From the NCBI GenBank assembly GCA_035504095.1, contig DATJSN010000099.1:2093-66092 (forward strand): a DNA stretch of 64,000 bases. Reading direction: 5' to 3'. Every line of letters begins with the position of its first letter. Position 1 is the first letter of the stretch. This DNA comes from Phycisphaerae bacterium. Its GTDB lineage: Bacteria > Planctomycetota > Phycisphaerae > WQYP01. The notes beneath the pieces are model-generated. The model was not told the origin of the DNA. It saw only the letters and a program-made list of their open reading frames with translations, and made no database searches. Position numbers and translations under genes: made by a program. This document shows, in pieces, positions 31,001-37,971 of this stretch.

Positions 31001-32096
31001 AACCGCTGATAACATAATTGCCGGCACTGTTATTCACCATTACTGAGTCGGGGGTAACCGTGGTATTCAGAGTTACGTTATAATAAGGCGTTCCGGTATC
31101 ATCAAAAGTAACCGCATCGCCATTAACGTAATAAGCTTGCCCGCCGGAGTTGTACCAGTTGTAATTACTTTGCACATCCCAAGTCATATGATCGCCGGAG
31201 GTATCGGCGGCGCTACCTGCCCAATAAATTACTGCCGGACCTGCCGGCACAACGAAAAACTGACTATTTGTCGAACCGAAATTAAACGTATTGGTTGCTA
31301 AATTTCCCGTTCCAACCGGCAAACCAGCAAGAAACTGATTGGAGATGTACTTATCATCACCACCGGTAATGTCCGCCAATACATCGATAGATCCGGACGG
31401 ATTTCCCAGTTGAGCCAATGGGATAGCAAGTTCAAAGCCAGTTGTGACAGATTCATCATTGGCCGGACTGGCTGCTGCGCCGGTGGCCACCCCCATTGCA
31501 GTATCATTTGTATTATTAAATGCTTCGGTAATACCACTAACATTATTTGGGCCCTGGCTATTAGAAATCGAAAAGCTGCCAGTGCTGGCTTTATTAGTCA
31601 CTAAATTATAGACGTCCGAATAAACCGTTCCTTCATAATCGTTAATGTCAATGACGTTTGTTGCGCCATCACCAAAATTTGGGCTAAATTTTGAACCATT
31701 AGCATTATTCAGGTAGCCGGAATCAGCTGTCTCATTTAAAGTGAACTGACCCGCACCATTACCGGAAATAAATATGTCCATGTGATTGCCATTATCCTGC
31801 AAATCACCGGTAATCAAAAGATACAAATCGCCATTTTCAATCACACCATAGGCAGCATCAAGCTGCGAACCATTTGTTTCATCGGGCGGTGTGCCGCTAA
31901 CTGTAGGACTACCAAAACCAGTGCCAATAGTTTGCAGCGACAATGCACTGCCAAAGTCGGAAGAATATGATCCATTGACGGTGATTGAAGCGGAACTGAC
32001 ACCGACTGATGAACCTATTGCAGCGGCGGCCATGGCGGCGGAGGCGATGATCGGTAATTTTTTACGCGCAATAACCCGTTTCACTCCCAAACGCAT
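25008..32096 (-). CDS. Giant (~2360 aa) PEP-CTERM surface protein: head domain, four beta-strand-repeat modules, dockerin-like repeat
   Basis: Signal peptide MRLGVKRVIARKKLPIIASAAMAAAAIG; four modules opening with (I/L)YW..W..NW..V.FDD and carrying KEG..LTLSTANT(Y/F)TG repeats; VPEPGSLALLAVGAVGMMIRRRKK. Confidence 0.88.
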   Translation of the reverse strand: MRLGVKRVIARKKLPIIASAAMAAAAIGSSVGVSSASITVNGSYSSDFGSALSLQTIGTGFGSPTVSGTPPDETNGSQLDAAYGVIENGDLYLLITGDLQDNGNHMDIFISGNGAGQFTLNETADSGYLNNANGSKFSPNFGDGATNVIDINDYEGTVYSDVYNLVTNKASTGSFSISNSQGPNNVSGITEAFNNTNDTAMGVATGAAASPANDESVTTGFELAIPLAQLGNPSGSIDVLADITGGDDKYISNQFLAGLPVGTGNLATNTFNFGSTNSQFFVVPAGPAVIYWAGSAADTSGDHMTWDVQSNYNWYNSGGQAYYVNGDAVTFDDTGTPYYNVTLNTTVTPDSVMVNNSAGNYVISGSGTIGGSASLTKEGTDSLTLSTTNTYTGGTTIGNGTFIIGNSSAIPTGSSVSFGDGSHAGTLDLGGIGATVGSLSTATGGSGTIINNGSQAAALVFAGGTGSSTFTGTIVNGGSQTGLTVTSGTLNLQGALSYSGATTLSGGTLIITGGTNPETLNGNFNAGTGNLTIGGYTDVSFNLTLNGTLNYTGTTQINSYGTLTLGSSVSSMASSLIDVFGTFSPNASTFTIGGGSTAQTLEGGLVYLDPHAGSVGEVIVGGGSGTLDIGANGTLNVTNPGPALAAMTVEGNVALTTVGTGGSTLELQVDPDLTGTNDELDVSGGITLGGILDVTAYNADRFTSGDSYTLISDPSDGITGSFATVDLPVLGAGQQWITTETSSAYEISIFSPTIYWNNYSGNGLWDINTSQNWNDVTDSINPIVYNDGDLVIFDDAHNNGNYNVTLNTTVMPGGVTVNNSAGNYVISGTGTIGGFTGLVKEGSASLTLSTANTYTGGTQIQNGTLIVGNASAIPVGGAVTFSDADEDSAYLDLGGIGATVGSLAMVKGSAGYITNNGTQAAALTFAGGTTSSTFGGTIQDGSSQTSLTVNSGTLLLNGTLSYSGTTTLNGGILQIGGPHNYQLNGAFAGGTAGSLIVGDGTNSTDLTLNGAINSAGTIKVDSYATLNLGSNTSSIASSSIAVYGNLNLEDTSGFMLGGSAPQTLTGGHTTGDPGGAGNTATITSASTLTIGPDGTLEPFNAVGEATLTIDGNLSFGTSGGTLMVRINPDTTGTNDEVVMGAGDVATIDGGTLDLVPTDGDTFKTGSSYTLISDATGTGFSTSNLSTLPIPTSSEWVTTINSSGYVISLEALALYWTGAQSPNNAWDINNTVNWETPSDTPSVYMDGYGVTFDDAHNTSGNYNVNLNTTVQPYSVTVNNSAGNYVISGTGSIGGSATLLKEGTDNLTLSTANTYTGTTTVGNGTLIVGNSSAIPTGGTVTFGDSNNDSGTLDLNGIGATVGGLSVVGTGAQTITNNGTQAAALTFDGGSSTFTGAIHDGNSQTSLKVTGGTLNLQGALSYSGATTLTGGTLVITGGTNPETLNGNFNAGAGNLDVGGYTNVPFNLTLNGALNYTGNTQINDYGTLALGTSVSSMASATISVFGTFSPNASTFTIGGGATLQTLTGGLSHYLPDAGSVGEVIVGGGAGTLAIGANGTLNVTDPGPALSTITVEGNVALTTVGTGGSTLEFQADADLSNDNDELILSGSGEMTLAGILDVTGFNADPFVQGDTYTLIDAPGGINGAFATIDLPALPVGLTWHKSINSDEYIITVGGGESTPATLYWTGSLSPAWDTSSTNWYDSTDSLANATYADTDNVNFDDTANGSPVNTYTVTLNTTVMPGSVSVNNSAGNYIISGTGSIAGSTSLVKEGSDSLTLSTANSFTGGTTIGNGTLIVGNSSAIPSGSSVTFGDGTNNGTLDLGGIGATVGALAVTAGSNGTVTNNGTQSATLTFAGGTNAASTFSGTIQNGTSQTVLTVNSGSLTLSSANTYSGNTTINGGTLALGASGSIANSSLITVQSNGAFNVSAVSGGFVLGGSNAQELNGNGNVIGNITVGAQGNLSPGDAIGPLTVTGNVNLDGTFSAQVDPDNNESPPNDQLVTSNSGTVSLGGTLTVTPSNSDPLTNGESYTLISATGGITGGAFSTVNLPTLNSGLTWDTTLMNTVTPQSNYTISVVNTVPTGFTSGTRFYTAALAQNQSYNGFYIQRLAGAGSRQTNVQFLGGSVSSPTGTTLSVQFQNAPAGNAQYPLLSDMAVIDGTGSDTYVLQMSYSVAPQSGSALSPVLAAYNPHTTTADGQSLITNTFVSAVLLNTSGTPVEYNGAYAGQDVVGDYGINTSNDTVWAVLNYSDDDFVVLERADGDWLGTGSVNAADLDDVVRGLGGSTLDPNGNAVWSKFAFDGSTGVDAADLDDTVRGLGAQEAAGEAAGVGGGLTFSSPSDVPEPGSLALLAVGAVGMMIRRRKK
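27290..30790. repeat. Internal direct repeat within the giant gene (module 3, ~27290-28020, versus module 1, ~30050-30790)
   Basis: 47 identical nt at 27550-27596 and 30313-30359; near-identical peptide ITGGTNPETLNGNFNAG...VEGNVALTTVGTGGSTLE in both. Confidence 0.85.
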
Positions 32097-32165
32097 AACA
32101 GAACCCCCTTTAAAGATTTGTTTAGGACCCTCAGACACAACTAAGACACTCAGCCAATTAAACAT

Positions 32166-32193
32166 AGTTTAACCGGTTTACCAGTTTTGTCCA
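32166..32193 (-). promoter_or_regulatory. Sigma70-type promoter with overlapping LacI-type operator
   Basis: GTTTAACCGGTTTACC at 32167-32182, identical to the 24781 site; the minus strand reads TGGACA-N16-TAAACT. Confidence 0.8.
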
Positions 32194-32226
32194 GTCTTTT
32201 TTAAAAATTTTTAATATTGCTCCTTT

Positions 32227-33111
32227 TCAAGGTTTGGAAGTTGGACTTGGTACTGGGATAGTAAAGAACATTCCTGGCGTAGAACTAAAATTAAATTTCG
32301 CTACAGCGATATTTGATGATCCTACAGGCAAACCTGCCAAAAATTGATTTGAAAGATAATTGTCTTGAGTACTGTTTATGTCGGCTAATACTTCAATGGA
32401 ACCGGTCGGATTGCCTAGCGCTGACAAAGGGATGGCCACTTCGAATCCGGTTTGCACAGCATTCACATAAGATTGATTAGCGGCTGCACCGCTGGTACCC
32501 ATTTGGGATACATTTGAGTTGTTTAAAGCCTCGGCAAGAGAACCAACTGTATTTGGTTTGTGGCTATAAACCGAAAAGGCTCCAAGATAACTATTAGTAT
32601 TGGCTATCAGATCGTAATCGTTGGTGTAAACAGTTCCCTGGTACTCATTGACATCCAAAACATAAGTGGCGCCATGACCGAAATTAGGACTGAACTGCGA
32701 GCCGTTCATCGCACCAAGCACCTGGCTATTATCCACGGATAAAGTACTTTGGCCAGTTCGACCGTCGGCAATAAAAATATTCAAATGATTGCCATTATTT
32801 TCAAAATTGCCTGTAAAAAGAAGATATAAATTACCATTTTCGATCACGCCATAAGCTGCATCCAATTCCGAACCATTGGCATCTTTTCCTGCTGGATTTG
32901 TGTTTGCTGCGGAATAAGAGCTATTGCCGAAACCGGTGTTGATCGTTTGTGAAGCTAAAGCACCACCGAAGTCTGAAGAATAAGTTCCATCGACGGTAAT
33001 AGCCGCCGAACTAATTGTTGCTGACGAACTTATCGCGCCGGCAGTGAAGGCCATGAACGTTGCTGATGTTAAATATCGACGAACAACAATCTTTGTGACC
33101 GCCATGCACAT
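32227..33111 (-). CDS. Secreted protein homologous to the head domain of the giant PEP-CTERM protein; no membrane anchor
   Basis: ITVDGTYSSDFG...NGSELDAAYGVIENGNLYLLFTG aligns with ITVNGSYSSDFG...NGSQLDAAYGVIENGDLYLLITG. Ends in IPVPSPTSKP. Confidence 0.82.
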   Translation of the reverse strand: MCMAVTKIVVRRYLTSATFMAFTAGAISSSATISSAAITVDGTYSSDFGGALASQTINTGFGNSSYSAANTNPAGKDANGSELDAAYGVIENGNLYLLFTGNFENNGNHLNIFIADGRTGQSTLSVDNSQVLGAMNGSQFSPNFGHGATYVLDVNEYQGTVYTNDYDLIANTNSYLGAFSVYSHKPNTVGSLAEALNNSNVSQMGTSGAAANQSYVNAVQTGFEVAIPLSALGNPTGSIEVLADINSTQDNYLSNQFLAGLPVGSSNIAVAKFNFSSTPGMFFTIPVPSPTSKP

Positions 33112-33179
33112 AGCAAATGCCCCTTTATAGAGTTTCTTAAAGACTCCCATAGAAAACGTTAACGAAACCGACCGAAATC

Positions 33180-33207
33180 AGTCTAAACGGTTTACTAAAT
33201 TCGTCCA
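33180..33207 (-). promoter_or_regulatory. Sigma70-type promoter with overlapping LacI-type operator (variant)
   Basis: GTCTAAACGGTTTACT at 33181-33196; the minus strand reads TGGACG-N16-TAGACT, the same geometry as the 24781 and 32167 sites. Confidence 0.7.
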
Positions 33208-33352
33208 GGCAATTAATCGTTGAATAAAAAAATCGATAGGAAGTTTCCGATTTATCATCTTTTAATTTAGTATATTCATTGGCTTCTTAATACTTTTACT
33301 ACTTCATAATTTAATATTCTTTATAATGAATATTATTCCTTGATCTTTATTC

Positions 33353-33387
33353 TTGACTTTGTTTACCAATATATTAAACTGTTTAAC
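33353..33387 (+). promoter_or_regulatory. lacI-family gene promoter with a putative autoregulatory operator
   Basis: TTGACT-N16-TAAACT at 33353-33380, overlapped by the inverted repeat TTAAAC-T-GTTTAA at 33374-33386. Confidence 0.6.
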
Positions 33388-33439
33388 TAGAGGCTGATTC
33401 TTGTAGCATTCAGCGTCGAATATTTTTGGATTTTGGCCC

Positions 33440-34582
33440 ATGCCTATTAAAAACAAGAACAACGGCGAGACTGATTTATCCACTAAAAGTGAGATTATTC
33501 CCTCATCAAACCAGATTGTTGTAGGTTTCGATCAATCTTCAACAGCGGTAAAACCAGCAGAAAAAGTAAGTATCCGCGAGGTCGCCAAACAGGCCGGCGT
33601 ATCTGTCGCCACGGTTTCCATGGTTCTCAACGACAACCCGCGAATCAGCCGGGCCACGCAACTTCGCGTTCAAAAGATGATCGAACGAATGGGATACAGG
33701 CCCAATCGTCTGGCGCAAAGCCTTTCAAGCAAATACACACAAGTAATAGCAGTGATGTTGCCTCCGTTAAGACACGCCTTTGCCGACGCCTATTTTGGAG
33801 AACTTATCAGCGGCATCGCAGACCGGGCGGGAAAACTCGGCCACAAAATGCTTATTGAGCAGGCAAAGCCGCAATACATTCGTGAATCAAAACACATTGA
33901 ATTATATGAACGGCGGTTTGTTGACGGAGTGCTCTGCCTGGGATTCAACGAAAAGCACACTTTTCTGTCCGATTTTGCTCATCGGGAATATCCAATGGTG
34001 CTGGTGGACAATCGTTTTGGAAATGATACGCTTGACTGCGTGCATTGCGATTACCGCCTTGGTTCACAGCAGGCGATGAACTGCCTGTTGCAACTTGGGC
34101 ATCGCATCGTCGGTATGATTTACGCCGCTCCGGAAAGCCCAACTTCTCGAGACGTTATAGATGTTTATACTAGCAAACTTAAGGAAGTTGGAGTTATTCC
34201 TCAGGAGTCATGGAGAGTCGATGGTCTTTTTACAGATGAGGGTGGCGCTGCGGCGGCTGAACAACTGATTAAGACGCATCCTCAAATGACGGCCATCTTA
34301 TGTGGAAACGACAAAATGGCCCTGGGCGCCATACGTTATCTTATACAACACGGTTATCGTGTTCCCCAGGATATTTCTGTTGTTGGATTTGACGATATTC
34401 AACATCTGGCTTACGCCAATCCAAGCCTGACCACCGTTCACCTGCCGCTATATGAATTGGGAATTCTGGCCTGCGAACGGCTCATTGAACGCATCCGAGG
34501 GAAGGTTGAACGGATACACGACATTCTTCCGACACACCTGGTTTTACGAGAATCGACCGGTATAGCCCGGCATCATCATTAA
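33440..34582 (+). CDS. LacI family transcriptional regulator
   Basis: SIREVAKQAGVSVATVSMVLN HTH, GYRPNRLAQSL hinge and VPQDISVVGFDD...PSLTTV. Confidence 0.96.
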   Translation: MPIKNKNNGETDLSTKSEIIPSSNQIVVGFDQSSTAVKPAEKVSIREVAKQAGVSVATVSMVLNDNPRISRATQLRVQKMIERMGYRPNRLAQSLSSKYTQVIAVMLPPLRHAFADAYFGELISGIADRAGKLGHKMLIEQAKPQYIRESKHIELYERRFVDGVLCLGFNEKHTFLSDFAHREYPMVLVDNRFGNDTLDCVHCDYRLGSQQAMNCLLQLGHRIVGMIYAAPESPTSRDVIDVYTSKLKEVGVIPQESWRVDGLFTDEGGAAAAEQLIKTHPQMTAILCGNDKMALGAIRYLIQHGYRVPQDISVVGFDDIQHLAYANPSLTTVHLPLYELGILACERLIERIRGKVERIHDILPTHLVLRESTGIARHHH

Positions 34583-34638
34583 TTTCTTAGAGGTTCTTAT
34601 TATTCCTCGGTCATTATTTCATCAATCAGAGGGTTGGA

Positions 34639-37218
34639 ATGCAAAATCATTGCAGATTGTTCCTGCCAATATTGATCATCATCCTGGCGAGCATTGGAGA
34701 AATTCGTTCATCACTGTATGCTTCGTCCGGATTAAATAACAATTCTCCCGGCGTTGTCGCCACAATACAGAGTGTTCCATGGCAGATCCCGTTTACATTC
34801 ACCTATGTCGCACATGAACAACCATGGCCGTCCAGCGTGGATATTGCAGGCGATTTTAACGATTGGTCCACAACTGCTAATCCCATGATGTTAGGCGCTG
34901 ATGGCATCTGGCGCGCGACGATTCCGCTTACCCCCGGCGAACAAGAATATAAGTTCGTACTTAACGGTTCAGATTGGATCACTGACCCACGATCATCGCC
35001 GGCACAATTACATCCAAACGCATCGGGTACATTCAATTCCGTGATTGATATTCCTTCACCATGGCAAAAATTGCCTGAACCAGCGCCGGATTTGATCAAT
35101 CCCGCTGGGTTAGCTTTTGATCCAAACAATATGCTGTATTACGATCCGATTAATCCGCATCTGTTGCGCATAGCTTTATGGGCACAGGTAGATGGTTTGT
35201 CGTCCGCAAAATTGATTCTATTGGATTCCGATGGCAATAAACGCGGCTATAATCTGACTCCCGGCGCCGGAGAATATGGAAAAATTGTTTGGGGAGTGGT
35301 TGTTCAGGCAGGCCCCATTCCAATTCGTTACTACTTTGTTCTTAGTCATGGCGAACAAACGTTATATCTGGGGGGAGGAAATATTTATTCTATAGCAAGT
35401 TCCGCGGCGGCCAATGCTTACACCGGTGATATGAATTCGAACGTCGTAACGCCCGAATGGGCTCAACATGCGATATGGTATGAAATTTTCCCCGAAAGAT
35501 TCAGAAACGGCGATCGATCGAATGATCCAGAGCCCCACCTTCCATGGACGAGTTCCTGGTATCAACCATATCTTCCGGCAGGTGAACACGGTGATTTTTA
35601 CAGCTATGTTTATCAAAGATTTTACGGCGGAGATATTCAGGGTATACAAGAAGAACTGCCCTACCTACGATTATTGGGCATTAACGCCATCTATCTAACG
35701 CCAATATTTGATGCGCCCAGCATCCACAAATATGATCCCGCCGATTTCCGCCACGTCGATGATGGCTTCGGTGTCAAAAATTCCCTAGATCAACTGCATG
35801 GTGAAAATGTTCTGGACCCCAACACGTGGCAATGGTCGGCATCTGATAAAGTGTTTCTCAATTTTCTGGCAGCGGCTCACGCACAGGGATTCAAAGTCAT
35901 CATCGATGTTCCGTGGGGCCATACCGGCCGCGATTTCGCTCCTTTTCAGGATGTGCTCAAAAACGGCAAAAATTCGCCTTTTGCCAGTTGGTTTCAGATC
36001 ACAAGCTGGGGACCGCCGATTCACTATAACGGTTGGGACGGGCCTGATGGGGGTATGCCTATGATTGCCACGGATCCAGCGCTGGGTCTTGCCGCCGGTT
36101 ACCGACAATATGTTTTTGCGGTTACACGCCGATGGATGGCGCCGGACGGCGATCCGGCACACGGCGTCGACGGTTGGCGCCTGGATACAGCGCCGGATGT
36201 TCCACATCCATTCTGGATCGCATGGCGAAAGCTGGTGAAAAGCATTAATCCCAATGCATTAATCATAGGGGAAATTTGGACGCCGGCACAGGCCTGGCTC
36301 AATAACGGCGATCAGTTTGACGGCGTAATGAATTACCCTTTTGCCGTTGATGCAACGCAGTTTTTTGTTAATGCTTTCGGAAATGGCGGTCAAGGAATTG
36401 GTCCACAGCGGTTCGGTGCACAGTTAGAACAGTTGCTGGAATCTTATCCCTACCAGGTCGATCTGGTGCAACAGAATCTGATTGACAGTCACGACACCGA
36501 CCGATTTGTATCACGCTTCATGAACCCTGATTTGAATTTCGGCGGTCAGGATCGTCTTCAGGACAATCCACATTACGACATTGCAAAGCCGCCGCCACTG
36601 GCCTATACCCGGCTGGGGCAGGTCGCGGCGTTACAGGCGACCTTTGTCGGTGCGCCCACGGTCTGGTATGGAGATGAAGTTGGAATGTGGGGCCCCAGCG
36701 ATCCATCGGATCGTCAGCCCATGGTCTGGCAGGACCTGATGCCCTATGCCGACCCCGATGTGACCGTCAACTATTCTTTGCTTCACTATTACCAACGAAT
36801 TGGCGCCATACATCGACAGTTGCAACCACTACAAACCGGTTTTTATGGACAGTTTATTTCCGAAAACTCAAAGAACGTTTTTGCGTTTCATCGAGATCTC
36901 GGAAACCAACACGTCTATGTCATCATTAACCGCGGCCCGCACACAGAAAGCGTCACCATACCTATTTTTGCATCAGATACCGGGCGGGAACTTTTGAATT
37001 ATCTTGACCCAAATCAATTAAATCTGGTTTATCCTGATCCCAGGGACCCGCAGGGACGACCCGTCCTGATTCCTGTGGACGGCTCAACGGGATATGCAAC
37101 CGACTCAAACACGCTTTCACTGCAAATACCTCCGTGGAATACTTTTATTCTCGCGCAATATTCCGCCGGCCGTTTTGATGGAGACTTTAAAACTTATGAC
37201 AACGCGAAACCCGATTAA
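34639..37218 (+). CDS. Secreted GH13 neopullulanase/cyclomaltodextrinase-like enzyme with an N-terminal CBM48-like domain
   Basis: Signal peptide; IAGDFNDWS...[14 protein letters not shown]; [34 protein letters not shown] and DSHDTDRF. Confidence 0.92.
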   Translation: MQNHCRLFLPILIIILASIGEIRSSLYASSGLNNNSPGVVATIQSVPWQIPFTFTYVAHEQPWPSSVDIAGDFNDWSTTANPMMLGADGIWRATIPLTPGEQEYKFVLNGSDWITDPRSSPAQLHPNASGTFNSVIDIPSPWQKLPEPAPDLINPAGLAFDPNNMLYYDPINPHLLRIALWAQVDGLSSAKLILLDSDGNKRGYNLTPGAGEYGKIVWGVVVQAGPIPIRYYFVLSHGEQTLYLGGGNIYSIASSAAANAYTGDMNSNVVTPEWAQHAIWYEIFPERFRNGDRSNDPEPHLPWTSSWYQPYLPAGEHGDFYSYVYQRFYGGDIQGIQEELPYLRLLGINAIYLTPIFDAPSIHKYDPADFRHVDDGFGVKNSLDQLHGENVLDPNTWQWSASDKVFLNFLAAAHAQGFKVIIDVPWGHTGRDFAPFQDVLKNGKNSPFASWFQITSWGPPIHYNGWDGPDGGMPMIATDPALGLAAGYRQYVFAVTRRWMAPDGDPAHGVDGWRLDTAPDVPHPFWIAWRKLVKSINPNALIIGEIWTPAQAWLNNGDQFDGVMNYPFAVDATQFFVNAFGNGGQGIGPQRFGAQLEQLLESYPYQVDLVQQNLIDSHDTDRFVSRFMNPDLNFGGQDRLQDNPHYDIAKPPPLAYTRLGQVAALQATFVGAPTVWYGDEVGMWGPSDPSDRQPMVWQDLMPYADPDVTVNYSLLHYYQRIGAIHRQLQPLQTGFYGQFISENSKNVFAFHRDLGNQHVYVIINRGPHTESVTIPIFASDTGRELLNYLDPNQLNLVYPDPRDPQGRPVLIPVDGSTGYATDSNTLSLQIPPWNTFILAQYSAGRFDGDFKTYDNAKPD

Positions 37219-37850
37219 AGAGCGTTCTTATATAGCTCAGCAATCTTTGTCCAGTTGACAACATCCCACCAGGCGGTCATGTAATCGGGACGCCGATTCT
37301 GGTATTTCAGATAATATGCATGTTCCCAAACGTCCAAACCCATAACCGGTTTACCGGATAATCCGGCGACGGCATCGCCCATGAGTGGATTATCCTGATT
37401 AGCTGTCGAACCAATAAGCAATTTCCCAGACTTAAGCACCAGCCAGGCCCAGCCGGAGCCAAACCGTTTGGCGCCGGCTTCCATAAATCGCGTTTTAAAA
37501 TCGGCAAACGAACCAAAATTGACATTGATGGCTGCGGCGAGTTCTCCGGTGGGCTCTCCACCGCCACCTTTGCCCTTAGGAGCCATAATTTGCCAGAACA
37601 TGCTGTGATTCACATGTCCCCCGCCGTTGTTGCGCACAGCGGTGCGTATATCTTCCTGCACAGAGGCAAGATCACTGATTAGCGCCTCGGCACTTTTCGA
37701 TTCCAACTGCACTTTGCCGGCAATCGCGTTATTGAGATTGGTCACATAAGTACCGTGATGCTTTCCATGATGAATCTGCATCGTTTGGGTGTCAATCACC
37801 GGCTCAAGTGCGCTAAAATCATAAGGAAGATTGGGAAGCGTAAAAGCCAT
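37215..37850 (-). CDS. sodA: Superoxide dismutase, Mn/Fe family
   Basis: [24 protein letters not shown] and DVWEHAYYL motifs. Confidence 0.95.
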   Translation of the reverse strand: MAFTLPNLPYDFSALEPVIDTQTMQIHHGKHHGTYVTNLNNAIAGKVQLESKSAEALISDLASVQEDIRTAVRNNGGGHVNHSMFWQIMAPKGKGGGGEPTGELAAAINVNFGSFADFKTRFMEAGAKRFGSGWAWLVLKSGKLLIGSTANQDNPLMGDAVAGLSGKPVMGLDVWEHAYYLKYQNRRPDYMTAWWDVVNWTKIAELYKNAL

Positions 37851-37928
37851 AGTCTACTCTCCTTAAATGAATAAATGATAAAACGGCCCTACAAATGCCC
37901 TGGCTCAGAGCAGCCGAAACACCAACTA

Positions 37929-37956
37929 ACTATAGGTTCACTGAAAACATTGTCAA
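37929..37956 (-). promoter_or_regulatory. Probable sigma70 promoter of sodA
   Basis: The minus strand reads TTGACA-N16-TATAGT. Confidence 0.65.
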
Positions 37957-37971
37957 AGACGTTTGTTCTCA

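Noticed and set aside
20290-31240. Repeats as a CRISPR array, DGR or mobile element
   Set aside because: The repeats are in-frame coding modules. There is no repeat-spacer periodicity and no cas, reverse transcriptase or transposase gene, and the differences are not confined to adenines.
20202-32096. Calling the long proteins autotransporters
   Set aside because: They have passenger-type repeats but no C-terminal beta-barrel; they end in PEP-CTERM.
32097-32165. ORF-track start of the giant gene at 32165 (likewise 24776 and 3564 for other genes)
   Set aside because: The 32165 and 24776 starts lie right next to the predicted -10/operator with no RBS. Downstream ATGs give an RBS and a signal peptide, or for serA the family-typical N-terminus.
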